A stretch of DNA of 26,110 bases from a virus: the IMG/VR virus record IMGVR_UViG_3300023096_000001, positions 70,134 to 96,243 of that record. The stretch is one strand, 5' to 3'. Position numbers and translations under genes: made by a program. Positions within the stretch are counted from its first letter, which is position 1; the number at the start of each line of letters is the position of its first letter. Below, piece after piece: positions 1 through 8,661 of this stretch. Below the pieces are notes generated by a model. The model had not been told where the DNA came from. It ran no database searches and was given only the letters and a program-made list of their open reading frames with translations.

Positions 1-2
1 TT

Positions 3-452
3 CCTTATCAGAAGCAAACACCCGGTTGTAGTGACTGTGGGGTGCCTTGCGGATGCGAAGGATGTTCGGATGTGCCGGATTTGGATCCTGACTGCAACGG
101 ATATATGACAGGATTCCCTGAAGGATGTATCACGGCAAAGTTTGAGATATTTAGCCAAGGCGCTACGTCAGAAATTTTTGTTTCAGAGGGCGTGAAAGTA
201 AAGCGTATCATCAGTACCTGTTATAAAGACAAACGGGTCAGAGACCTTGCGAACAAGTTGACGTTAGGCGACGATTGCAAATACAATTTCTTTTTAAGCA
301 GTGCCAAGCGTAAAGAATATATGAACACGGTCGTGCTTGCCAAGATGAAATTGGATTTGTCGGCAGCTGAACCGGAAGGGTGTGACTGTGAATGTATTGC
401 TTCCCGGATAAAACTGGTAGGCGCAGAACTTGACTCGATCCCACTGCGATGA
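3..452 (+). CDS. Cys-rich hypothetical phage protein, 5' truncated
   Basis: The frame of ORF 42..452 is open back to position 3 (PYQKQTPGCSDCGVPCGCEGC...). Cys clusters at both ends (CSDCGVPCGCEGC; CDCEC). ATGA overlap with the next gene. Confidence 0.75.
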   Translation, partial: PYQKQTPGCSDCGVPCGCEGCSDVPDLDPDCNGYMTGFPEGCITAKFEIFSQGATSEIFVSEGVKVKRIISTCYKDKRVRDLANKLTLGDDCKYNFFLSSAKRKEYMNTVVLAKMKLDLSAAEPEGCDCECIASRIKLVGAELDSIPLR

Positions 453-667
453 AAATATTTAGCGCCTATGAGCTCCAAAAGAGGATTATCAAGACTGCAA
501 GTGAAATGGATTGTGAAAACAACCGCCTCGCTAAGCAGGGTAAAGCTTCCAATGAAATAGACGAAGCCATTTTTGAGATGATGTTTCTGTACCCTTTTCT
601 GCCTTACTGGCCGGTAGAGGTTTTAAGACAGAAAGAGTGTTACCTGAACGATAAATACGGATTATAA
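449..667 (+). CDS. Small hypothetical phage protein (72 aa)
   Basis: Translationally coupled on both sides (ATGA at 449-452, TAATG at 665-669). No recognisable motif. Confidence 0.7.
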   Translation: MKIFSAYELQKRIIKTASEMDCENNRLAKQGKASNEIDEAIFEMMFLYPFLPYWPVEVLRQKECYLNDKYGL

Positions 668-2724
668 TGTGCGGATGCCCTGAATTAGATTGCAATTGCC
701 AAGAGCCATGCACGGATTGCATTGCCCCTGACACGATGATTGTTCGCAATATCGCGAAACCGTCACTGTGTGATGACATCATTGATTTGATCGGAGGTGG
801 CAATGAAGGTCCGGGTTGTCAGCTAAAAATGGGTGGCGCAATTATTTCAGGCACAACCATAACGTTGACTGTTGTGGGAAGCAATGGTGCTGTTGAGTTT
901 AGCCGAGATGGAATTTCCTGGCAGGATAGTCCAACGTTTTCAAATCAACCAGCAGGTCCTCATAAGTATTTTGCACGGGAAAAGAAGAATAATGCGTGCG
1001 TTGCCGCAGCTTACACAACTGTGCCGGGCTGTACAACGCCAGCGCCTTCCGTAGTCACGCCTGTGAATTATGTCGTAGGTCAGTCTGCTCAACCGTTATC
1101 GGCTACAGGGGTAGCCCTGAAATGGTATACCAATGCGACGGGTGGTACAGGTTCAAATTTAGTGCCTGTCCCGATTACAACATCTGTAGGCACTACGCTT
1201 TATTATGTCAGCCAGACGTTAAATGGTTGTGAAGGACCAAGAGCGGTCATCCAGGTGATCGTATCAGGAAGTGGCTGTGTACCGGGTCCCGTTGTAGATG
1301 TAGTTCCCCAAGAGACATTATGTATCGGAGGCTTTCTTCAAATAAAGACTACTGACGGATGTACTCAGTCTTACCGATCAACAACGACAGCGTGTGGAGG
1401 AGGTGGGACTTGTGTAATTCCATCAGGTCCCGTATTCGTAGAGACTGTTTCTTCGACCTGTTCTCAATCGGGACAATTCTTAAACAATGGACACTTCGAA
1501 TATGGCCCTGTAACGGGAGGCGACCGGTATGCTTTATGGCTTCCAAGCTCAGGCAATCCAAGACCGACTTATAATCAGAGTACAGCAATCCCTAGTGGAG
1601 GCTATATCAATGTAACGGGCGTACCAGGCTCATCGACAGATAAATCCTACCGGTTGATTATTTTCAATCAGACTACGGAATGTTACCTGGAAAAGATTGC
1701 CAATTTCGGGTATACGACCTGTGATCCAACGTGTGTGCAACCTTTCTTCCAGTTTGAGAAGTCAGACCCAACATGTAGCGGACAGGCGACCGTTAGCAAT
1801 GGTCAGTTAAAAATGATCAATGTGACCAATGGCACGCGCTATCAGGTTTGTGTAGGAGCAATTTTTAACTGCCCATCGAACTATGACACAGCAACGCCAA
1901 TTACCTCTCCGGCAAGCACCGTTGTGGTCAATAATATTGGCTTTACCGCGAATGAGGAATTTAGGGATTACAATGTGCGTGTGTTCAACGGCAGGGCAGA
2001 TTGCTTTACCACGATCGCGTATAAGTTTTACAATCCTTGTTATGTGCCTTCTTGTGTATCGCCTACAACGGGTACGCCTGTTGTAACGCAGGCTACTTGC
2101 GCTGGTAACGGTGTGATTAATAACAATGCCTCGATCACGATACCTTCGGTAGGGAATGCCACGAAATATGGCTACTCTTTAGGATCTGTTTATTCTGGCG
2201 CTGATTATAGCACAGCGTATGATGTTGTTGGCAGCCAGATTAATATTGCTTCGCTAGCAGGATCTGCCAATGCGACCAGTTATGTAGTGCGCATATTCAA
2301 CGGTAGAAATGACTGTTATGTAGATAAGCCTATCACCGTAGCAGGAAAGAATTGCCAGGAGGCGTGTGTTAACCCGACTTTTACGATAGGTAGCCTGGCT
2401 CCGACTTGTAACTCAGGCGTGTCTAACAACAACGGAAATGTCTCGATTAACAACATCGCAAACGGAACCCGTTGGCAGCTGTGTATTGATACGACATTCA
2501 CCTGTACGCCGAATTACGACGGAGCAACTTCCTTTACAGGAGTAGGTCCTTTGGTGGTGTTGCCTAATATGGGCTACTCGACAGGCCAGGAGTACAGAGA
2601 CTTTACGGTGCGGGTTTACAACAACTCAGCAACTTGTTTTACGGACCACACGCTTCGGACTTATAATCCATGTTTTGTGTGCTGTACGATGGGTGTTACT
2701 TCAGTAGAATTGAATAACGTCTAA
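667..2724 (+). CDS. Cys-rich multi-Ig-like repeat protein (SprB-like module, CHU-associated Ig-like module, four ~105 aa repeats); putative virion appendage
   Basis: 685 aa with about 37 Cys by hand count and no signal peptide. SprB-like segment (EFSRDGISWQDSPTFSNQPAGPHKYFARE). Ig-like segment (PAPSVVTPVNY...LKWYTNATGG...YYVSQTLNGCEGPR). Four repeats ending VR(V/I)(F/Y)N...C(F/Y), more divergent in the first. Confidence 0.8.
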   Translation: MCGCPELDCNCQEPCTDCIAPDTMIVRNIAKPSLCDDIIDLIGGGNEGPGCQLKMGGAIISGTTITLTVVGSNGAVEFSRDGISWQDSPTFSNQPAGPHKYFAREKKNNACVAAAYTTVPGCTTPAPSVVTPVNYVVGQSAQPLSATGVALKWYTNATGGTGSNLVPVPITTSVGTTLYYVSQTLNGCEGPRAVIQVIVSGSGCVPGPVVDVVPQETLCIGGFLQIKTTDGCTQSYRSTTTACGGGGTCVIPSGPVFVETVSSTCSQSGQFLNNGHFEYGPVTGGDRYALWLPSSGNPRPTYNQSTAIPSGGYINVTGVPGSSTDKSYRLIIFNQTTECYLEKIANFGYTTCDPTCVQPFFQFEKSDPTCSGQATVSNGQLKMINVTNGTRYQVCVGAIFNCPSNYDTATPITSPASTVVVNNIGFTANEEFRDYNVRVFNGRADCFTTIAYKFYNPCYVPSCVSPTTGTPVVTQATCAGNGVINNNASITIPSVGNATKYGYSLGSVYSGADYSTAYDVVGSQINIASLAGSANATSYVVRIFNGRNDCYVDKPITVAGKNCQEACVNPTFTIGSLAPTCNSGVSNNNGNVSINNIANGTRWQLCIDTTFTCTPNYDGATSFTGVGPLVVLPNMGYSTGQEYRDFTVRVYNNSATCFTDHTLRTYNPCFVCCTMGVTSVELNNV
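1408..2675 (+). repeat. Four tandem ~105-codon domain repeats in A-B-A-B order
   Basis: Repeats 2 and 4 share PTC...NGTR(Y/W)Q(V/L)C....F.C..NYD.AT...E(F/Y)RD..VRV(F/Y)N....CFT......YNPC. Repeats 1 and 3 lack the internal Cys pair. Similarity is visible at protein level; the DNA is diverged. Confidence 0.8.
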
Positions 2725-2741
2725 ATATAGAACCACTAATC

Positions 2742-3500
2742 ATGGCAGAGAAAATTGTAGTATCGACGACAATAAAGCTTCCTGAGGGCTACGTACCTAC
2801 AGAGGCTGAAATTGCCAGCATTCAAAAGATTATCGATCAGGGAGGTATTGTCCCTCCCGATCCCGAGAAAGGGAAATGCGATGCAGGACCAAAGCCACTA
2901 CGTGTGACGGTAAAAAGTGACTCGTTGTTGAGTGTAGACTGGCATGGCGTGAAGGTGACGCCGGTAGACTGGCTTGTTGAGGAGTTGAGCGGAACGGATC
3001 TAAGTAAAGGTCAGCTAGAGCCGAAAGGGGCCACAATTGAGTTGAAGTTGACGGCACCTCTGTCGAAGCTGATTCCTCAGTATAAAGTGGTGCTGACCGG
3101 AGTGGAGTGTACCGGAGAAGGAGCGCTGGTGTTTGACAACCCTTTCTATGAAAAACCTTCTGTAGAGAATCCTTGTAAAGGAGGTCCTACGCCGCTAAAC
3201 GCAAAGATGGTTTCTGAAAAAGGAATTGATGTGGAATGGTGGGGCGACGGGGTGACGCCTTTGGATTGGCAGGTGACAGGAAGTGACTCCAATTTGCTAG
3301 GAAAAGGACAGTTAACGCCTAAAGCTTCGGACAGAGGCCATGTGCTTTTAGCTTTAACAGAAATCCCTAAGCCAGGCGACAACATCACAGTGGTGCTGAC
3401 GGGTGTGAAATGTGAAGGAGGTGGCGCATTGACTTTTCAGGTGCCTTCTTTGAGTGATAATGTTAAGATTGATTCCATCGAGGTAACGCAGAAAGCATGA
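2742..3500 (+). CDS. Hypothetical protein with two ~88 aa C..GP repeats (disulfide-closed beta domains)
   Basis: CDAGP...VDWHGVKVTPVDW...KGQLEPK...VVLTGVECTGEGALVF (2877-3134) and CKGGP...VEWWGDGVTPLDW...KGQLTPK...VVLTGVKCEGGGALTF (3174-3437). Confidence 0.8.
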   Translation: MAEKIVVSTTIKLPEGYVPTEAEIASIQKIIDQGGIVPPDPEKGKCDAGPKPLRVTVKSDSLLSVDWHGVKVTPVDWLVEELSGTDLSKGQLEPKGATIELKLTAPLSKLIPQYKVVLTGVECTGEGALVFDNPFYEKPSVENPCKGGPTPLNAKMVSEKGIDVEWWGDGVTPLDWQVTGSDSNLLGKGQLTPKASDRGHVLLALTEIPKPGDNITVVLTGVKCEGGGALTFQVPSLSDNVKIDSIEVTQKA

Positions 3501-4270
3501 ATAATCTAAAAATTACGTTAACGGCATCTTCTTTGACGGGGTTAACCCCTGGCGTAGGGGGCGCGTATAACTTTATCGTAGATTTTCTCAAGTCTGACGG
3601 TACGCCCTTGAATAGCCCCAATGTGCCTAATTCGACGAATCTATCCGTTACACCTTCGGGTTCTACCTTTGTTTTGAATATCCCGATCACCAGTGGCGAC
3701 TATACTATTTTAGGCATCACGATTAAGATATACAACCAATCCCGGCAGAACTGCTGTGTGACAAGCACAAATTACAACCTTTACAATACAAGCTCGGACG
3801 CTCCGGCGCCTACGGTAGGTGTGCGTGACGGGAAGCGCACGGTAGAAGCGAATGGCGCTTATTATGACATTGTAAACAGCGAGTTTGCTTTCTTCCAGGT
3901 GCTACCTAATGGAAATGTAAGGCTGGATATGCCTACTTCACAGTCTAGTTTTAACGGACAAAGAACGGTGTCGCCTATTGTGTTGGATAGCTTCTGGGCG
4001 GATATGAAAGATAACAACCCTGATCAGTTAGCGGCTTTGCGGTCTTCCGGTGGAATTGCGATGCACGACTTTACGCAGCTTACAGTCTATGGTTATCCGG
4101 CCCGTACGGACTGGGGAACGACATTGAGAGAGATAAAAGAAGGCAATCCTATCCATGTCTGGTGGAGCTTTGGCAATAATGATGCTTCAAATGGGGTAGA
4201 TAAAACGTATTCCAATAACAGTGGACAATTGCACCGGGCGTCTATTTATAAATATAAACTAAGTTACTAA
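3497..4270 (+). CDS. Hypothetical protein; N-terminal ~95 aa domain paralogous to that of 5810..7927
   Basis: 257 aa ORF with ATGA overlap. Ungapped alignment to the N-terminus of the 5810 protein, ending in NCC. Confidence 0.8.
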   Translation: MNNLKITLTASSLTGLTPGVGGAYNFIVDFLKSDGTPLNSPNVPNSTNLSVTPSGSTFVLNIPITSGDYTILGITIKIYNQSRQNCCVTSTNYNLYNTSSDAPAPTVGVRDGKRTVEANGAYYDIVNSEFAFFQVLPNGNVRLDMPTSQSSFNGQRTVSPIVLDSFWADMKDNNPDQLAALRSSGGIAMHDFTQLTVYGYPARTDWGTTLREIKEGNPIHVWWSFGNNDASNGVDKTYSNNSGQLHRASIYKYKLSY

Positions 4271-4271
4271 C

Positions 4272-5801
4272 ATGGCTTTCGTAGAACAAAGAGAGCCTAT
4301 ATGGCTTAAAAAAAATGACTGGTTTTCGTCTTTTCAATTGTATGACGCTTTAGTGGTAAACCACAACAAGCGCTACATGATCACCAAGCGCGTACAAGAT
4401 ATCCCGTTAAGTAAAATTGTCGGCGTGCCGGGTTCTCCAGGGTTAACCAATGGAATCCAGGCACAGTACGAAGATGTGAATAACGGAGTAATCCCTTATG
4501 ATAAGACGTGGACGAATGCCCGTGCTTATAACTTTGACGACTCGGTTGACAACTTGGCCTTGTCCGTATTTTATGGCAACAGGCATCCTTCTATTGTGTT
4601 TGCACAGTTAATGGAAGACTCGAATATCCATGGCAGCTCCAACCCAGATCAAGCTTCGCGGTATGCAAAGTGCGAAGCAATTTTGGCAAGGGTAGCTCAG
4701 CTCCTTTTGGAGAATGACGGTGTCTCTGTAGAAAACAACTGGATTATTGCGGATTACTTCTGCGGTATCTACGGATGGGCGACCAATGCTCAAATGGATG
4801 ACATTGGATATCTTACCGCGGTGGCGCAAGTACAATCAGTAGCAGAAGCTCGCAAGACCAACCGAAATAATGAAGGCGTTTATACGACAAATAACTACGA
4901 GCAGTATGGTGGATACAACTATCGCCATAGAATTCTGCCTGGTTATATTGAAGGATTGGGGACGCAGTTTCAGGGCAGAGGTTTGTACTCTGCTGTATAC
5001 AACATCGAGCGAAATTATATCCAGCGTAATAACCGCAAGTGTATTTGTTATGCCAATGGCACTGTAGAAGGATTAACCCTTCCAGGTACAGACCGATCAG
5101 GGGTTTGGCAACGGTTTCCTGTGCGTGATGCAGGAGGTGATTTAATCAGGTTGTCTTCTATTGAAGGGAATTATGATCTTCTGAAAGCATATGCCTTGAT
5201 TCACTTGTTGATGACGGAAGGGTACGTAATTTGGGATGACAACGGCAAGTTTGGGTTAAATGACAAGCGTTTTGATGTGGCTTATTACGGTGGCGCAGAG
5301 CCTTGGAAAAACAAATGGCAACCTGATGGAGGTCCTATTACGCAGTATCAGCCTGGAGCTCCTGGGCATCCAATCTCCCAGAACACAGGAGGACAGTTCG
5401 CCGGGAATCCAGCTTCTCATAATAACGGATCGTGGGCAGGGAATTACATCTACGGCCAGATCTGGGATAGAACGACGACTTCGCTGAAGTGGGCTACGTT
5501 CAACTACAATGAGAACGGGAATCAGCGTTCAGGCTATTACAATGGAGATACACCTGAGATGGGTGTGCTGGGAACAGGAGAAGTGTCAAGATATGGTGTT
5601 TCTAACTATGCTTCTGCCAATGCAGCGCGCCAATTCTACGAAGGTATGCGCCCGATGCTTTGGAAAGGCACAGGTCCTGCCGGCAGTGTGTATGTAGGGT
5701 TAAACATTCATGCCGGGTTTGCGGGGACAACAACGTATAACACGCCTGACGGAAGTTTTACCCATAAAGGCAATGGTATTTTTGCATTCAAAATTCAATA
5801 A
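4272..5801 (+). CDS. Hypothetical protein (509 aa), Tyr/Trp/Gly/Asn-rich, possibly carbohydrate-active or carbohydrate-binding
   Basis: Long ORF 1 nt after the previous stop. Aromatic-rich composition. No motif securely recognised, so function is a guess. Confidence 0.7.
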   Translation: MAFVEQREPIWLKKNDWFSSFQLYDALVVNHNKRYMITKRVQDIPLSKIVGVPGSPGLTNGIQAQYEDVNNGVIPYDKTWTNARAYNFDDSVDNLALSVFYGNRHPSIVFAQLMEDSNIHGSSNPDQASRYAKCEAILARVAQLLLENDGVSVENNWIIADYFCGIYGWATNAQMDDIGYLTAVAQVQSVAEARKTNRNNEGVYTTNNYEQYGGYNYRHRILPGYIEGLGTQFQGRGLYSAVYNIERNYIQRNNRKCICYANGTVEGLTLPGTDRSGVWQRFPVRDAGGDLIRLSSIEGNYDLLKAYALIHLLMTEGYVIWDDNGKFGLNDKRFDVAYYGGAEPWKNKWQPDGGPITQYQPGAPGHPISQNTGGQFAGNPASHNNGSWAGNYIYGQIWDRTTTSLKWATFNYNENGNQRSGYYNGDTPEMGVLGTGEVSRYGVSNYASANAARQFYEGMRPMLWKGTGPAGSVYVGLNIHAGFAGTTTYNTPDGSFTHKGNGIFAFKIQ

Positions 5802-5809
5802 GTGATTCT

Positions 5810-7927
5810 GTGAATAATATTAAAATCAACATAAGCATTGACAGTCTGTCCCGGTTGACTCCAATTGGGACAGATACCTATCAACTTGCCGTTAAATTTT
5901 ACAACAGCAATGGTTCTTTGTTGGTGAATAGTAATATTCCAAATCCATATGTTGCAACCGTTACCACAACCAGTACCTCTTTTTCAATTAATGTTCCGAT
6001 CACAGAAGGTATTTACAGTATCCCGGATGTGACGGTACGTGTTTTTGCCAATAATGAATCGAACTGTTGTTTTGCTTTTGCCAACTTTGATCTTGATAAT
6101 GACTTTGAGTGTAACTTTACCGTCGATGCCACATTTATCCAGTGTAACCGGATTATCGGCACAGAGCTGGCAAATGGAACACCTCCTTATATTATCAACG
6201 TAACAGAGGTTTCCGATCCTACGACTGAAAGGTTTTTGGATCGTGCAGGTTCTTTTGTGTTTTACAACCCGATTGAAGGCGCTGCTACGTATAAAGTGAA
6301 ATTTACAGATGCGAATGGTTGCATGGATGAAGATGAAATTTCCATCACATGTAACCCCACAGCGCCTACTTTCGACAGCAGTATTGTTCAGCCGGTATGT
6401 AATGGAACAAACTTAACTCCTGGCAACGTAAGGCTATCCAATGTATCTAATGGCACACGTTATAAAGTTTGCTACAACAATACGTTTACCTGTGGCGACT
6501 GTGGAGCGAGTGATGGCTTTGTCAATCAGACTGGAGATACTGTCATCGGCATATTTCCCGCGCCGCAAGGTCAAACGCAGAATGTGGTGATACGCGTATA
6601 TAATGGAGACTCCTGTGATGTGTATACGGATTTTCCTGCCGCATTGGTTAGTCCAACCTGTGCGAGTGGTTGTACGCTAACATTCACTATCAACACGCCT
6701 ACCTGTACCACGATTCCAGTCACGGTGACAGGGGCTTCGGGAGGATTAACTATTAGCGTTCGTAAAGTCGGTGAAGGATATGAGCGGTATAGAAGTTACA
6801 GTTCAGGTGTGATTGGATGGGAGCCCGCCACAGACGGCAATCCAGGCACATACAACGTACAGATTACCGATGCGGCAGGGTGTTCTCATGTAGAAAGTTT
6901 TACGATCACTTGTGGGGGTGGCGGTCCAGGACCTGATCCGAAGCCGAATGGCGCGATGGAGTATACCCAGCCAAGCTGTAACAATGGAAACTTAGTACCG
7001 GGGACGGTTCGTTTCTACAACATGGTGAATGCGACCCGTTACAAAATTTGTTACGGCACGGGTGTGTTTAACTGTGACAACTGCTCGGTAAGTGATGGAA
7101 ATATTAATCAAAGCGGAGATACGTTCATTCCGATCTTTCCTCCGACGCAAGGCACGCAAGAAGTAACTACGATCCGAATCTATAACGGTACAGGATGCGA
7201 TGCGTACATCGATGCAACGATCCTGATGACAAGTCCTGTTTGTGGAGGCAATGATACGAACATTAACATATGCAACTCGAGCAACAGCGCGGGTGGTGTG
7301 GGAGGCAGTAGAGAGTATGTGTATCTAAACAATACTTCATCCCAGTTGAGTGTATACTGGGAATGGTATACCTCGAACTTCCCTGACAGGTTACGTGTCC
7401 AGGTGAACAATATTACCTGGTTTGACACCTTCTGTGCGGGCCCGCTTCCTAACACCTGTAACCCTCCCGGAAGTTGTCAATATCAACCTGAGTACACTTA
7501 TGGAAAGATTGACCTTCCTGTAGGTTCTACTGTTAAATTTATTATTGATGGAGATTGCGGGGGCGGCAGTGTAGGGGGTACAGTCTGGGGCTTTAAGTCG
7601 AAATGTGTGCCTTTCAACGTGGCACCTGTCACCTATACCGGAGCGGCTATCCCTTGCTCGATTAACATTAGCCAGGCTGTGACTTCAGGAGGAAACACGA
7701 TTTACATCGACCGCTGGGGTGGAGGAACTTCGGGGCAATACCAGTTTGGGATCCAGCCTGAATCAGCTGCGAATGTGACGACAGTAAACTGGGTGCAGGA
7801 TAACACGATTGGCGATCCGGATGCGGGAATGCTTTTCACGGGTCTTACGACAGGCGTGAACTATAGAGTATGGATTCGAGACAAAAATAACACCGGGTGC
7901 TTGGCCTGGATCAACAGAACACCATGA
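5810..7927 (+). CDS. Cys-rich multi-Ig-like repeat protein (SprB-like modules alternating with the repeat seen in 667..2724)
   Basis: 705 aa, GTG start, about 30 Cys, no signal peptide. SprB-like ends (TYKVKFTDANGC, TYNVQITDAAGC, NYRVWIRDKNNTGC). Two copies of QP.CN..NL.PG.VR..N..N.TRYK.CY...F.C..C..SDG..NQ.GDT.I.IFP..QG...IR.YNG..CD.Y.D...SP.C (about 6347-6662 and 6944-7243). Confidence 0.8.
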   Translation: MNNIKINISIDSLSRLTPIGTDTYQLAVKFYNSNGSLLVNSNIPNPYVATVTTTSTSFSINVPITEGIYSIPDVTVRVFANNESNCCFAFANFDLDNDFECNFTVDATFIQCNRIIGTELANGTPPYIINVTEVSDPTTERFLDRAGSFVFYNPIEGAATYKVKFTDANGCMDEDEISITCNPTAPTFDSSIVQPVCNGTNLTPGNVRLSNVSNGTRYKVCYNNTFTCGDCGASDGFVNQTGDTVIGIFPAPQGQTQNVVIRVYNGDSCDVYTDFPAALVSPTCASGCTLTFTINTPTCTTIPVTVTGASGGLTISVRKVGEGYERYRSYSSGVIGWEPATDGNPGTYNVQITDAAGCSHVESFTITCGGGGPGPDPKPNGAMEYTQPSCNNGNLVPGTVRFYNMVNATRYKICYGTGVFNCDNCSVSDGNINQSGDTFIPIFPPTQGTQEVTTIRIYNGTGCDAYIDATILMTSPVCGGNDTNINICNSSNSAGGVGGSREYVYLNNTSSQLSVYWEWYTSNFPDRLRVQVNNITWFDTFCAGPLPNTCNPPGSCQYQPEYTYGKIDLPVGSTVKFIIDGDCGGGSVGGTVWGFKSKCVPFNVAPVTYTGAAIPCSINISQAVTSGGNTIYIDRWGGGTSGQYQFGIQPESAANVTTVNWVQDNTIGDPDAGMLFTGLTTGVNYRVWIRDKNNTGCLAWINRTP

Positions 7928-8253
7928 TCGCAGTTTGGTTATTTATTAAAAACAACAAAAAGCTGGTAATATCTGTCGCGGTGCTGCTGGCGCTATTTAT
8001 CTACGGAGCTATTCTTTCGATGAAACTTCGTAATGCGAATGATAGAATTAAAACGCTTACCTATGAATCGCAGTCCGATTCTGCATTGATTTTAACACTG
8101 ACCCGTGACAAGGTTGATTTATTAAATGATACCGCTAAATACCGAAGCGAAATCAGGGCTATCGCTGAGGATGTGAAACATTTAAGGCAGACAGAAGATG
8201 TAAGGGGGTTGGTAAAGAAATACCCTAGTCTGGAAGAGCTTAAACGAAAATGA
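7924..8253 (+). CDS. Single N-terminal TM plus coiled-coil protein; inner-membrane spanin (Rz-like) candidate
   Basis: ATG at 7924 overlaps the upstream TGA and is preferred to the ORF-track start at 7897. KKLVISVAVLLALFIYGAILSM TM segment followed by a helical region. Lies upstream of the endolysin. Confidence 0.6.
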   Translation: MIAVWLFIKNNKKLVISVAVLLALFIYGAILSMKLRNANDRIKTLTYESQSDSALILTLTRDKVDLLNDTAKYRSEIRAIAEDVKHLRQTEDVRGLVKKYPSLEELKRK

Positions 8254-8606
8254 TTATGAGAACCGCCGTCCTTTTTTTAGTGTTAGTAAGTATGCCTTGG
8301 CTCAGTTTTGCACAGGCGAAAGAAGATTCTTTAAGCCAATTCAAATACCTGTACAAAGAGCAGAAATTCCCGTTTGATAGTGGTGTAGCGATCTCAGATG
8401 CACAGTATAGTTTTTTATTGAGGCAGAGTATCTACACTAAATTGGATCACCGGATTGATAATGCGTTAAAGCCTGTGCCTAAGATTGTATACGAGACGAA
8501 GGAAGTGAGAAAGAAAGGCGATGGCAATAAAGTGGTTTGGTTTCTTTCAGGCACAGCAGCTGGCGTAATAGTGTCCCAAGTTATAGCAATTTTAGTAAAA
8601 AAATGA
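8250..8606 (+). CDS. Exported protein with Sec signal peptide and C-terminal TM anchor; lysis-accessory candidate
   Basis: MIMRTAVLFLVLVSMPWLSFA|Q signal peptide. C-terminal VVWFLSGTAAGVIVSQVIAILVKK hydrophobic helix. No Cys. Confidence 0.65.
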   Translation: MIMRTAVLFLVLVSMPWLSFAQAKEDSLSQFKYLYKEQKFPFDSGVAISDAQYSFLLRQSIYTKLDHRIDNALKPVPKIVYETKEVRKKGDGNKVVWFLSGTAAGVIVSQVIAILVKK

Positions 8607-8661
8607 GTACTTTGTGGGGAGCCACCATCACCTTATAACCCAACGTCAAAATCGATGAAAA

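Noticed and set aside
4308-4315. A8 run near the start of the 4272 gene as a slippage or phase-variation site
   Set aside because: The frame is intact, no extended alternative frame is evident, and such runs are expected in Lys/Asn codons.
667-7927. Host T9SS adhesin operon rather than phage genes
   Set aside because: No signal peptides or T9SS C-terminal domains, and the block is translationally coupled to the lysis cassette.
8613-8624. Short GTGG-GGAG-CCAC-type hairpin after the 8250 gene
   Set aside because: About four base pairs and no U-tract, which is too weak to call.
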